A DNA stretch of 64,000 nucleotides from a plasmid. Numbering within the stretch: position 1 is the stretch's first letter; the number at the start of each line of letters is the position of its first letter. The notes under the pieces are model-generated. The model had not been told where the DNA came from. It was given only the letters and a program-made list of their open reading frames with translations, and made no database searches. The stretch lies in the sequence record NZ_CP086424.1; one strand, written 5' to 3'. Position numbers and translations under genes: made by a program. Shown one piece after another: positions 28,741 through 37,713 of the stretch.

Positions 28741-29577
28741 CTAGTATGACGTCTGTCGCACCTGCTTGATCGCGGCCGCGATAGCTAGATCGCGTTGCTC
28801 CTCTTCTCCATCCGCGTTCCAAGCTGCGGAAAGGCACCCATAAGCGTACGCCTGGTCGAGCAGGCGACGCGGATCGACGTCCAGCGCACGAGAGAATGCG
28901 TCCGCCATCTGTGCAATGCGTCTAGGATCGAGACAAAGGTCGTCTCTGTCAGCCGGATCGTAGAACATATTGGCGGCGCCAAAGCCCACTTCACCGACCA
29001 GACCGACGGGATCTATCACCAGCCAGCCGCGACTGGAGAACATGATGTTTTCATGATGCAGATCGCCATGTAGCCCACGCAGTTCCGAGGCATTGCTCAT
29101 CATTTGATCGGCTATAATCGCCGCGTGGACGTAGTCAGTTTGACAACCTGCGTTTTGATCATCGCGCGCCCGCTGAAACAAAGCTGCAAAGCGATCCCGG
29201 ATCGGGAGAAGGGCAGAAGGCAGGGGTTCCTCAGATGCGGCATACAGCTTCGCCATTAGTTCCGCTGCAATTTCGGTCGCCTGGTAGTCGCCGTGCTCGG
29301 CAACGATGTGAGAGAGCATTCGCTCCCCGGCATATTCGAGCAACATCAGATTGTTCTCACGACCGAGCAACCGGACTGCTCCCCTCCCATTGCGCCATAC
29401 CAGATAGTCGGCCCCGCGCAGTTCATCAGCAATGTCTTCTATAGGTTTCAATCCCTTGACGATTGCAGGAGTCCCGTCTGGCAATGAAACTTTCCAAACG
29501 AGGCTGGAAAAGGTGTCCGCAATGAGAACAGGTTGCGAAACGTGCCAATGAGCAGGAAAAACAGGCGGCATGAACAT
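28741..29577 (-). CDS. strB: Streptomycin phosphotransferase APH(6)-Id (StrB, 278 aa)
   Basis: Recognised sequence MFMPPVFPAHWHVSQPVLIADTF. Confidence 0.9.
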   Translation of the reverse strand: MFMPPVFPAHWHVSQPVLIADTFSSLVWKVSLPDGTPAIVKGLKPIEDIADELRGADYLVWRNGRGAVRLLGRENNLMLLEYAGERMLSHIVAEHGDYQATEIAAELMAKLYAASEEPLPSALLPIRDRFAALFQRARDDQNAGCQTDYVHAAIIADQMMSNASELRGLHGDLHHENIMFSSRGWLVIDPVGLVGEVGFGAANMFYDPADRDDLCLDPRRIAQMADAFSRALDVDPRRLLDQAYAYGCLSAAWNADGEEEQRDLAIAAAIKQVRQTSY

Positions 29578-30380
29578 CAACCCCAAGTCAGAGGGTCCAA
29601 TCGCAGATAGAAGGCAAGGCGTTCGCGGTCGGGGGCTTCGATCCCCAATACATTGAATAGGACAGCGAAGGCGCGCTCTGCTTCATCTGGCGCTGCCCAG
29701 TTCTCTTCGGCGTTAGCAATCATGAGTGCCAAATCGGCATAGCGATCTGCTGTTCCGAGCCGCCCAAGGTCGATCAGACCCGTGCATTGAAGAGTTTTAG
29801 GGTCCACCATGAAGTTCGGCATGCAGGGATCACCATGGCAAACAACCATATCGGTGCGCTCTTGGTCGAGCCGCACCGGTAGCTCTCGTTCGACACGAGC
29901 CAAAAGATCGAGCTGCGGCGTACTCTTGTCCTCGTCCGGTAAGAAGTCGGGATTGACGGCATTGCGGGACACCACATCAACGGCGCGTCCGAACATTCGC
30001 GACAGCCTGCGCTCAAACGGACATTGATCAACCGATAGGCTGTGAACAGCGCCAAGTTGCTGCCCCATTGACGGCCACGCTTTGAGCAAATCCGCTCCAG
30101 ACAGATCAGCCGCCGGTACTCCCGGAATTGCCGTTATCACCAAGCATGCACCCTCCTGTTCCTCCTGCCAGTTGATGACCTCGGGGCAAGCCACACCTCG
30201 ACCTTTGAGCCAAATGAGGCGGTCACGCTCTCCAGCGAGCTCACCGCGGCGGGAAGCAGGTGCGATTTTCGCGAAGGCATGCCCGTCACCACGTCGAAAA
30301 ACAAAATCACCAGATTCTCCGCCTCTGACAGGCAACCAGTCAGAATGCGATTCACCAAAAAAAATATTAGTTCGATTCAA
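29577..30380 (-). CDS. strA: Streptomycin phosphotransferase APH(3'')-Ib (StrA, 267 aa)
   Basis: Recognised sequence MNRTNIFFGESHSDWLPVRGGESGDFVF. 1-nt overlap with strB. Confidence 0.9.
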   Translation of the reverse strand: MNRTNIFFGESHSDWLPVRGGESGDFVFRRGDGHAFAKIAPASRRGELAGERDRLIWLKGRGVACPEVINWQEEQEGACLVITAIPGVPAADLSGADLLKAWPSMGQQLGAVHSLSVDQCPFERRLSRMFGRAVDVVSRNAVNPDFLPDEDKSTPQLDLLARVERELPVRLDQERTDMVVCHGDPCMPNFMVDPKTLQCTGLIDLGRLGTADRYADLALMIANAEENWAAPDEAERAFAVLFNVLGIEAPDRERLAFYLRLDPLTWG

Positions 30381-30440
30381 TGGAGGTTCCTTCAGTTTTC
30401 TGATGAAGCGCGAATATAGAGAAATATCCCGAATGTGCAG

Positions 30441-31256
30441 TTAACGAATTCTTGCGGTTTCTTTCAGCGCCGCCAATACCGCCAGCCCGTCGCGCAAGGG
30501 GCGCGGCTCGTGTGTGCGGATGAAGTCAGCTCCACCTGCGGCGGCGGCAAGCTCTGCAGCGAGTGTCGCGGCCCCGACATCCCCCGGACCACGGCCTGTG
30601 AGCGCGCGCAGAAAGGATTTGCGCGAAACAGACAGAAGCACCGGCAAATCGAAGCGCAGCCGCAATTCATCGAACCGCGCCAGCACCGAGAGCGAGGTTT
30701 CGGGAGCAGCCCCCAGAAAAAACCCCATGCCGGGATCAAGGACAAGGCGGTTGCGTTTGATACCGGCACCCGTCAGCGCCGCGATGCGCGCGTCAAAGAA
30801 CGCCGCAATGTGATCCATGATGTCGCCAGCGGGTGCCTCGCGCCGATCTGCCTGCCCGTCTTGCACCGAATGCATAACGACGAGTTTGGCAGATGATTTC
30901 GCCAATTGCGGATAGAACGCAGCGTCTGGAAAACCGCGAATATCATTGAGATAGGCCACACCACGCGACAAGGCATAGGCTTGCGTCGCGGGTTGATAAC
31001 TGTCGAGCGAGACGGGAATGCCATCTGCCTTGAGCGCGTCCAGCACCGGCGCGATACGCGCGATTTCTGTGTCGGACGAAACAGGCGCGGCGTCGGGATT
31101 GCTGGATGCCGGACCGAGGTCGATCACATCTGCCCCCTCGGCCATCAGCTTACGCGCCTGCGCAATGGCTGCGTCTGGCGCCAGATACCGGCCTCCATCG
31201 GAGAAACTGTCCGAGGTTATGTTGACGATGCCGAAAATGATGAGCGATTTATTCAT
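30441..31256 (-). CDS. sul2: Sulfonamide-resistant dihydropteroate synthase Sul2 (271 aa)
   Basis: Recognised sequence MNKSLIIFGIVNITSDSFSDGGRY. Confidence 0.9.
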   Translation of the reverse strand: MNKSLIIFGIVNITSDSFSDGGRYLAPDAAIAQARKLMAEGADVIDLGPASSNPDAAPVSSDTEIARIAPVLDALKADGIPVSLDSYQPATQAYALSRGVAYLNDIRGFPDAAFYPQLAKSSAKLVVMHSVQDGQADRREAPAGDIMDHIAAFFDARIAALTGAGIKRNRLVLDPGMGFFLGAAPETSLSVLARFDELRLRFDLPVLLSVSRKSFLRALTGRGPGDVGAATLAAELAAAAGGADFIRTHEPRPLRDGLAVLAALKETARIR

Positions 31257-31465
31257 GGGGGCTTCTATAATAATAATAATCGAGCATGAGTCTCATACGG
31301 ATGCTCGGGTCGAAAGGGAATCCCCAGGCGAGTAACCTGTTTGCGGTGATCCATTAGCTGCAGGAGCAGAATAGCATACATCTGGAAGCAAAGCCAGGAA
31401 AGCGGCCTATGGAGCTGTGCGGCAGCGCTCAGTAGGCAATTTTTCAAAATATTGTTAAGCCTTTT

Positions 31466-31560
31466 CTGAGCATGGTATTTTTCATGGTATTACCAATTAG
31501 CAGGAAAATAAGCCATTGAATATAAAAGATAAAAATGTCTTGTTTACAATAGAGTGGGAT
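31466..31560. mobile_element. ISCR2 terminal-region remnant (two blocks matching 21553..21660) adjacent to sul2
   Basis: CATGGTATTTTTCATGG and CTTGTTTACAATnGAGTGGGA are shared with the end of the intact ISCR2. Confidence 0.55.
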
Positions 31561-31562
31561 AA

Positions 31563-31874
31563 ATGGACGCTAAAGAACTGAACCACATGATAGCTGAGGC
31601 CTACAGCCGGGATTTGCAAAAGCCTGAGCTGGTATCGTTCAAAGAGGTGAGTCGCTGGGGGCGTAAGTACGGTTTCCCCGTCGTATGCACTCTGGCCGAT
31701 GAAAGTGAAGAAAAGCAGATCCACTGGGCTGCCAGTTTGCTCATTCAAGTAGCCGGTACTTGGCCGCGAGAAGATATGCCGGAATTGCTCACACCGGAAC
31801 GGGGCTCCGCGCTGTTCAACGATGCGATGCAGTTATTGGCGAATGGGCTTGGAGCAGCAAATCAATTGCGCTGA
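31563..31874 (+). CDS. Hypothetical protein (backbone gene upstream of parA)
   Basis: 103-aa ORF that starts immediately at the island boundary. A terminator follows it. Confidence 0.45.
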   Translation: MDAKELNHMIAEAYSRDLQKPELVSFKEVSRWGRKYGFPVVCTLADESEEKQIHWAASLLIQVAGTWPREDMPELLTPERGSALFNDAMQLLANGLGAANQLR

Positions 31875-31895
31875 CAGCACAAACCTTGTCAATAA

Positions 31896-31925
31896 GCGGC
31901 CTTCATGGCCGTTTTTTTGTTTAAA
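31896..31925 (+). terminator. Rho-independent terminator
   Basis: AGCGGCCTTCATGGCCG hairpin followed by TTTTTTTG. Confidence 0.6.
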
Positions 31926-31943
31926 GTTTGTTTTAACAGAACC

Positions 31944-31971
31944 ATAATTAGATATTGCAGTATCATTTTAT
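31944..31971. promoter_or_regulatory. Family B motif TTGCAGTATCATTTTATGATCGCTACAA (copy 4) in the parA promoter region
   Basis: Degenerate version of the 10-3-10 inverted repeat. It directly abuts the family A palindrome. Confidence 0.4.
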
Positions 31972-31983
31972 GATCGCTACAAT

Positions 31984-31999
31984 CTTTCACATGTGAAAG
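31984..31999. promoter_or_regulatory. Family A palindrome CTTTCACATGTGAAAG (copy 6), 42 bp upstream of parA. Candidate parS/operator.
   Basis: 16-bp perfect core. Position is typical for ParB autoregulation. Confidence 0.6.
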
Positions 32000-32041
32000 T
32001 TTGGGGGTGGTCTTGATCACCTGCGAGAAACCAAAATAGAG

Positions 32042-32833
32042 GTGGGTATGGCAAAAGTAATCAGCTTCGCCAACCAGAAAGGCGGAGTGGGTAAGAGTAC
32101 CCTCTGTATCCAGCAGGCCTTTTATCTGGCGTTACAGAAGAAAAAGAAAGTGCTGGTCTTGGATATGGATGGTCAGGGGAACACGTCCTCTCGACTGGCC
32201 CCCAGACGAGAGCTTGAGGATGGTGACTACGAGCCCATCCTCACAGGAACCAAAACCGCAGAGCTGTTCGCTTACGAGCTGGACGGCATTGAGGTCATGC
32301 ACTGCCCTTGCGGTGCAGACCTCATTCATACGCCGAAAAACGACCCGGATCTGTTTGAGATGGAGGCTGTGCCTCTTGACCAGGCCATGAATCCGGCTCG
32401 CCATTTGGCTGAGCTGTTTGAGAACTACGACTACGTGCTGATTGATTGTCCGCCTAGCCTCGGCAGAAAGCTGGTGGCAGCGTTGGTGATGTCTACCCAT
32501 GTGGCATGTCCAGTAAAGCTCTCTGGCTTCGCTGTGGACGGCGTAGAAGGTCTCCTGAACACGATTATTGGTGTGCGCGAGGCGTACAACCAAGATTTGG
32601 AGATCCTGGGCATCGTGATCAACGACATGGACCGCTCTGTCAATCACGACAAAGCCCTCAAGTCGCTGGAGAACACAGTTCCGGATCTGTTGTTTGAGAA
32701 CAAAATTATGCACCGGCCTCCGCTCGATACGGCGACGACTGATGGCATCCCTGTCTGGGAGCTTCGCTATGGACATGTCGCGGCCAAAGAAGTTGAGGCG
32801 GTGTTGGAAGAACTATTAGAGAAGGTGGGCTAA
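32042..32833 (+). CDS. parA: ParA partition ATPase (Walker-type, MinD/ParA family)
   Basis: KGGVGKST deviant Walker A. 263 aa. Confidence 0.85.
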   Translation: MGMAKVISFANQKGGVGKSTLCIQQAFYLALQKKKKVLVLDMDGQGNTSSRLAPRRELEDGDYEPILTGTKTAELFAYELDGIEVMHCPCGADLIHTPKNDPDLFEMEAVPLDQAMNPARHLAELFENYDYVLIDCPPSLGRKLVAALVMSTHVACPVKLSGFAVDGVEGLLNTIIGVREAYNQDLEILGIVINDMDRSVNHDKALKSLENTVPDLLFENKIMHRPPLDTATTDGIPVWELRYGHVAAKEVEAVLEELLEKVG

Positions 32834-32836
32834 GCG

Positions 32837-34018
32837 ATGGCATTGAACAATTTAAAAGGCCTGTCCGAACTTGCTAAAGCCGCCAAAGGCAAGAAAGGCA
32901 AAGAGGTTCTTACCGTACCTGTTGACGACGTTGTATCCAAGGTCCAGGTTCGTAAGCGCTTCCGTAACATTGAAGAGCTGGCGGCAACCTTGCTGACCGA
33001 AGGGCAGCAGTCTCCGATCATCGTGTTCCCGAAGAACGAAGAAGGCAAGTTCGTCATCCAAAAAGGGGAGCGGCGTTGGAGAGCGTGTAAACACGCTGGT
33101 ATCGAGACCATTGACTTGGTGGTGAATGATAAGGTCCAGAACAACTTGGACGAGACTGCTGGTGAGCTGATCGAAAACATCCAGCGGGATGACTTGACTC
33201 CGGTAGAGATTGCCGAGGCGTTAAACCTGTTTATTGAAGAAGGTTGGAAGCAAAAGGATATTGCTGATCGGCTCGGTAAGAATATCACTTTCGTATCTAC
33301 GCATCTGTCGTTGCTCAAGCTACCTGACTGTGTGCGTGAGTTATACGATAATGAAGTATGTTCTGATACAGAGACCTTGAATAACCTTCGTCTCTTGTTC
33401 GATCTGAATGAAGAAAGATGTCGCGCCGTCTGCGCGGTGGCTATGTCTGACGGGATTACTCGTAAACAAAGCCGTGAGCTGCTGAATGATGCCAAACGTA
33501 TCAAAGACGAAATGGAAAAAGGCCCACTGACTGGCTCCCACCAGAATGATGAGCTTGGCGCTGGCAACACCGACGAGCAATCCCTCAACTCGGGTGGGGA
33601 TGGTACGTCGGAACAAACCGGGAATGACGACCTGAACCTTGCCCAGGAGGAACTGGAAGGGGGTAAAAATTCCAATGGTCAGGACGATGATGACGAAGAC
33701 CCTTTGCGTGATGAAGAGGGTGAGCACAAAGATCCTGTCAAGCAGCCAGATAACAGCGGCAAGGACAAAGATGAAGAAGGCGGTGATGCTCTTCCTCCTC
33801 TGCCGAAGGACAAGGAATGGAAGAACGTCCGGGCTGACAGTTTGATTTTTGCTGTCAACGTTAACCTGGATGGCGAGACCAAACGTGGAGTCATCATGAC
33901 CGACCGTGTTGCTCTGGTTCCGTCTACTGTCTGGGTTAAAACGCTCGATGGCGAAGGCAAGGAAAAGCATGTTCATGTGCCTGTGTCAGACATTGAACTC
34001 CTGAGTGTCGAAGGCTAA
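32837..34018 (+). CDS. parB: ParB partition protein (ParB/Spo0J family) with acidic low-complexity C-terminal extension
   Basis: GERRWRA box II motif, HTH region. 393 aa. Confidence 0.8.
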   Translation: MALNNLKGLSELAKAAKGKKGKEVLTVPVDDVVSKVQVRKRFRNIEELAATLLTEGQQSPIIVFPKNEEGKFVIQKGERRWRACKHAGIETIDLVVNDKVQNNLDETAGELIENIQRDDLTPVEIAEALNLFIEEGWKQKDIADRLGKNITFVSTHLSLLKLPDCVRELYDNEVCSDTETLNNLRLLFDLNEERCRAVCAVAMSDGITRKQSRELLNDAKRIKDEMEKGPLTGSHQNDELGAGNTDEQSLNSGGDGTSEQTGNDDLNLAQEELEGGKNSNGQDDDDEDPLRDEEGEHKDPVKQPDNSGKDKDEEGGDALPPLPKDKEWKNVRADSLIFAVNVNLDGETKRGVIMTDRVALVPSTVWVKTLDGEGKEKHVHVPVSDIELLSVEG

Positions 34019-34060
34019 TAAAGGAGGCCCAGCCAGAGAGGTTGGGCCTGTCAAGAACAG

Positions 34061-34339
34061 GTGAATATGAAGATCTCACAGGACATGAAAAGAAAATTTG
34101 CTTTGGTGAATGCCCTGTCTAAAACGGAGAAGCCAAGTCTCCAAGACCTTCACAAGGCAACAAATATTCCTGAATCAACGATCAAGAGACAGTTGTCTGC
34201 CCTGCGTGATGAGTTCGGAATGAATATCTTGTTCGTCAGGGAGTCTACCGGCGAACGAGGTGCCACCGGCTACTACATGCTGACAGACTGGGGGATCTTA
34301 GACAGGTCTTCGTTCTTGAACCGGTACGGAAAACTGTAA
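34061..34339 (+). CDS. 053: Small HTH protein downstream of parAB (053-like stability gene)
   Basis: 92 aa with an HTH motif (NIPESTIKRQLSALRDEFG). Follows parB directly. Confidence 0.5.
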   Translation: MNMKISQDMKRKFALVNALSKTEKPSLQDLHKATNIPESTIKRQLSALRDEFGMNILFVRESTGERGATGYYMLTDWGILDRSSFLNRYGKL

Positions 34340-34391
34340 GGTGCCATAGAGCAGCGCATTGAATGCAAAACCCGCCAATCGGCGGGTTTTT

Positions 34392-35060
34392 TTATGCTGC
34401 CACGGTAGCGGCGGTTGCTGGAGGTTTTTCGGCGTAGTAGGCGATGTTCTTGGTTCGTCTGCTAAGGGTGTCTATGCCGACGATACTCAGCGTTTTGGGA
34501 GTGGTATTGCGGGACTCGAAATAATGGAATAGCTGGATCATGCAGCACTTCACCATCAACGGATCGATGTCTTCCAGGTAGATTGAGGCTTCTCTCAATG
34601 CTTCGGGACCGTGGTTCTCGATCAGGTTTTCCATCCAGTGAATGGCGTTGATGCCAGAACCACAGCAGGGCTCATAAAAGTCTGCCGAAGACTGTGAGCC
34701 AACAATGAGTGACATCAAGCGGCCAATCTCTGGAGGAGTGGGGAAGTAATTGGTGCCCTTCTTGTGGAAGCCAGACATGCTTAGGACGTAACCCAAAACA
34801 TCGCTGGTGGGGTCGCGCTTAATGGCGGCAGACAGGACGTGAGAGAGCTCGAAGGCGACCGGCTGAAGTTCTTCCGGGATCTCCTCCTTGGCTGGGTATA
34901 GGCCAGTCTGCAAGTATGCCCACTGGTCAATAAAGGCCTCAACAAACCGAGATGTGCCCATTCTGTATCGGGACTGCTCGATGAGAGATAAAGCCTTGGA
35001 TGTAAGTTGCTGTGTTTCTGGTGACATAAGCGCTCCAGTTTGTTCTGACGAAACATTCAA
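34392..35060 (-). CDS. HsdM-like N6-adenine DNA methyltransferase fragment-like protein (motifs X and I only)
   Basis: NYFPTPPEI (motif X, YFTP-like) followed by DFYEPCCGSG (motif I). No NPPY/F motif IV is seen. 222 aa. Confidence 0.45.
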   Translation of the reverse strand: MNVSSEQTGALMSPETQQLTSKALSLIEQSRYRMGTSRFVEAFIDQWAYLQTGLYPAKEEIPEELQPVAFELSHVLSAAIKRDPTSDVLGYVLSMSGFHKKGTNYFPTPPEIGRLMSLIVGSQSSADFYEPCCGSGINAIHWMENLIENHGPEALREASIYLEDIDPLMVKCCMIQLFHYFESRNTTPKTLSIVGIDTLSRRTKNIAYYAEKPPATAATVAA

Positions 35061-35342
35061 GAGGTAGAAACGAAGAACCCCGCCGAAGCGAGGTTCTTTG
35101 CTTTCCTGCCTGATCGCCTTAATGCCGAAGCAAAGACGTCTTGATAAAGTCGGGGCAACCGGACATTTCCCGGTCGATGAAGTCCTGACGTTTCGCCAGC
35201 GGCCATTTCATGAACGCCGCGAGCGGGATGCGCTTATTCGTGTTAGTATTGCCTTGCAGCATAACAAAGCTCCTTAATTGCTTGATTGTGTTGTAAGGGC
35301 TGCAACGAAGGTCGAAGAGCGATGCGGCCCTTATTTATGATT

Positions 35343-35365
35343 ATTACAGCATCATAAAATAATAT
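35343..35365. promoter_or_regulatory. Family B half-motif TTACAGCATCATAAAATAATATC (copy 5a)
   Basis: Left arm; the matching right arm is at 35551..35580. Confidence 0.35.
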
Positions 35366-35397
35366 CAAGAGACAATAAAACGATACCAAGAAACAAA

Positions 35398-35415
35398 ACT
35401 TTCACATGTGAAAGT
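35398..35415. repeat. Family A palindrome (copy 7) in the divergent intergenic region
   Basis: Perfect ACTTTCACATGTGAAAGT. Confidence 0.8.
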
Positions 35416-35550
35416 CTCCCCGCTGTCCACCTCGCACACTCCAAACGCCCAAACGCCCAAATAACTTGTCTATCTGCCCAAAATGGGCGCGTAAGCGTCC
35501 GATAGAAAGTAATTGTTAGTGAGATATTGACTACACGGAATATGGCTATA

Positions 35551-35580
35551 TCATAGAATCATAAAATGATGCTGTAAAAG
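35551..35580. promoter_or_regulatory. Family B motif ATCATAGAATCATAAAATGATGCTGTAAAA (copy 5b) abutting the start of the 35580 gene
   Basis: The right arm ATGATGCTGTA is the reverse complement of TACAGCATCAT at 35345. Confidence 0.4.
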
Positions 35581-35966
35581 TGATATGTATGCCAAAGCAA
35601 GCAAATCATCTCCGTTTGAAGAAACCTTGCGCCAACTGTCCATTCCGGAAGGAGGGCGCTATCGAGCTGGCCCCTGGGCGATTAGAAGGCATCATCAACG
35701 ACATCGTTGAAAACGACATGACGACGTTTCATTGCCACAAGACCGTGCACTCAAAGTCAGGTGGTGAATGGGATGAAGAGGGTAACTATGCACCTTCGGG
35801 ACAAGAGTCGATGTGTGCCGGTGCTGCGGCTTACTTGATGAAAATAGGCAGGCCGACAGTGGCTATGCGAATTGCCTTTGCGTTTGGTGATGCAAAGGTG
35901 TCCGACTGGGACGAAGCTCAAGAGCTGGTTGTCGAGCCTTTGGTACAAGGGGACCGAAATGAGTAA
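35580..35966 (+). CDS. Cys/His-rich hypothetical protein (CANCPF...HCHKTVH)
   Basis: 128-aa ORF, first gene of a run of overlapping genes. Confidence 0.45.
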   Translation: MICMPKQANHLRLKKPCANCPFRKEGAIELAPGRLEGIINDIVENDMTTFHCHKTVHSKSGGEWDEEGNYAPSGQESMCAGAAAYLMKIGRPTVAMRIAFAFGDAKVSDWDEAQELVVEPLVQGDRNE

Positions 35967-36240
35967 GCGATATGCGGTAGTGCCGCATCCGAAACTGAAA
36001 CGAGAGTACAAAGGTCGGCTGGTCAGAACTACTCGGGTACTAAAAAACGGCTGGGGGTTGATCCCTCTAGGGGCTGTGGCAACGGTCACGCATCAGTCTC
36101 CCAAGGGATCAGAACTGACCTTTGAACCATGCGACTGCTGCGGCCTGAAAGCCATTATCAGTCATGTAAGCATGGACTCCATTGAATTTATCGAACCGAT
36201 TACTGAGGAAGAAGATGGACGAGAACAAGCTCAACATTGA
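35956..36240 (+). CDS. Hypothetical protein
   Basis: ATGAGTAA overlap with the upstream gene. 94 aa. Confidence 0.4.
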   Translation, partial: EMSKRYAVVPHPKLKREYKGRLVRTTRVLKNGWGLIPLGAVATVTHQSPKGSELTFEPCDCCGLKAIISHVSMDSIEFIEPITEEEDGREQAQH

Positions 36241-36889
36241 AACGGTCGATGGGCACAACGAGCTGGTAGTCAGCTTTTTGTCCAGAATGGTAAGCCTGAG
36301 TGACGAGGAAAAGCAGACAGTATTGTCCTGCCTTCCGGACACCGGCAAACAAACAATCACCCAGCTCTATGAGGCGCTGCGTTCTCAAGGGCACCAGGAT
36401 CTTGCAGAGAAAGTCGAACCATACCTCCAGCAGGGGGTGTTTGGGCCGATCTTCGATAACGCCAAGTCCAAGGTGTTCGTTCGGGACGAAGCGCCTTTTT
36501 TCCTCATGGATGAAAATCCTTTGAACTGGGATGACGCTAAAGCATTCAATCGCCTACGTATGAGTACGACCTGTGTTCTTGGCCGTGGCGGCTGGACTAT
36601 CGGTGAGCGCTTTGATGACCGCTTTGATACCGAGGTGGGCGGAACACAGCTTATCGTCACTCAGTCACTCAACGAAAAAGGTGAGATTGAAGGAGGACTT
36701 CCTACCTCGATGTCGCTGAATGACTTTGCTGAGTTCCCTAAACAGCCAAGGCCTCCTCAAATAGTCGATTACCAGGAAGACAAGCGATACACGCTTGAGG
36801 AAGCGGAAGCTATCCCTGAGCTCGCACCAGTGGTTCAGCGTCTGAAAGAGCGCATCGAAGAGTATGAGGAGAGAAGAGCCCATGATTGA
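36215..36889 (+). CDS. Hypothetical acidic protein
   Basis: 224 aa. GAGGAAGAAG ribosome-binding site. Confidence 0.45.
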   Translation: MDENKLNIETVDGHNELVVSFLSRMVSLSDEEKQTVLSCLPDTGKQTITQLYEALRSQGHQDLAEKVEPYLQQGVFGPIFDNAKSKVFVRDEAPFFLMDENPLNWDDAKAFNRLRMSTTCVLGRGGWTIGERFDDRFDTEVGGTQLIVTQSLNEKGEIEGGLPTSMSLNDFAEFPKQPRPPQIVDYQEDKRYTLEEAEAIPELAPVVQRLKERIEEYEERRAHD

Positions 36890-37388
36890 CCTGACATGCC
36901 GCCTTTGTGCTGGTTCCGGTGTTTATGACTTTTCCCCTTCCAAAGAAACCTGCGGTATGTGCCAAGGGCATGGGAAATTTGTTGACGCCAAAGCAATGCT
37001 GGTGGCTGCCATCGAGCTGGCAAAGAAGCAACGCGAGCCTGTCATTGAAGTGGTAATGGGGTTGGTGCTCCAGGGTGTGGATGTTAGAGGGAAGGAGCCT
37101 GGAGAGCGGTTCAAGGCTGCTCAGGCCTTTAACGCCCCAGGGCACAACCTATTACGATACGGGTGGGATGCTTGGGAGCTCTATGCCCTCCATGAGGGTG
37201 TAAGTCCAGAACTTGCATCGCTTGGCCGAAGTGTGATGCGCGAGTGGCATAGCCATTCATGGGGCCGGTTCAGTGGAGAGGTAGGCTTTAACGCCGCCGA
37301 GATCATGATCAAACAGGCCAAAGACAACCCAGAAAAAGCAGAAGAGCGCTGGGCGTTCCTGCTTAGTGAAGAATGGATGGTGGAGTAA
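36882..37388 (+). CDS. DnaJ-type zinc-finger (CxxCxGxG x2) protein
   Basis: CRLCAGSG and CGMCQGHG repeats. Start overlaps the upstream stop. Confidence 0.45.
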   Translation: MIDLTCRLCAGSGVYDFSPSKETCGMCQGHGKFVDAKAMLVAAIELAKKQREPVIEVVMGLVLQGVDVRGKEPGERFKAAQAFNAPGHNLLRYGWDAWELYALHEGVSPELASLGRSVMREWHSHSWGRFSGEVGFNAAEIMIKQAKDNPEKAEERWAFLLSEEWMVE

Positions 37389-37705
37389 TTGTCGTGACAG
37401 AACAAACCAATAAGAAATTGATGCTGGATGAGTCTCCAGATATGCCCCTGCAATTCAAGTGGAGAAAGTTTGGTGGTGCGATTTTTACTGCCACGCAAAC
37501 AATGGAGCACGTCAAGGAAGGACGTAAGCTCGGGCCGACTCCAGCAGGGATGCTACCTCAAGAAGTGTGGCTGAACCGCCTGATCGCTATGGAAGAAACC
37601 CTGCCACGAGGGAAGTTTTTTGACAGATTCCGCCGCCGCGACAAAAACGAGCAGTATGACTTGGCCGCCGATCATCTCCGTCTTGTCGGAAAGAAAAAGC
37701 GATAG
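37373..37705 (+). CDS. Hypothetical basic protein
   Basis: 110 aa, start overlapping the upstream gene. Confidence 0.4.
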   Translation: MDGGVIVVTEQTNKKLMLDESPDMPLQFKWRKFGGAIFTATQTMEHVKEGRKLGPTPAGMLPQEVWLNRLIAMEETLPRGKFFDRFRRRDKNEQYDLAADHLRLVGKKKR

Positions 37706-37713
37706 GGGGATAG

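Noticed and set aside
32852-33976. Minus-strand ORFs within parB
   Set aside because: They are antisense to the canonical parB (GERRWRA, HTH), with low-complexity translations.
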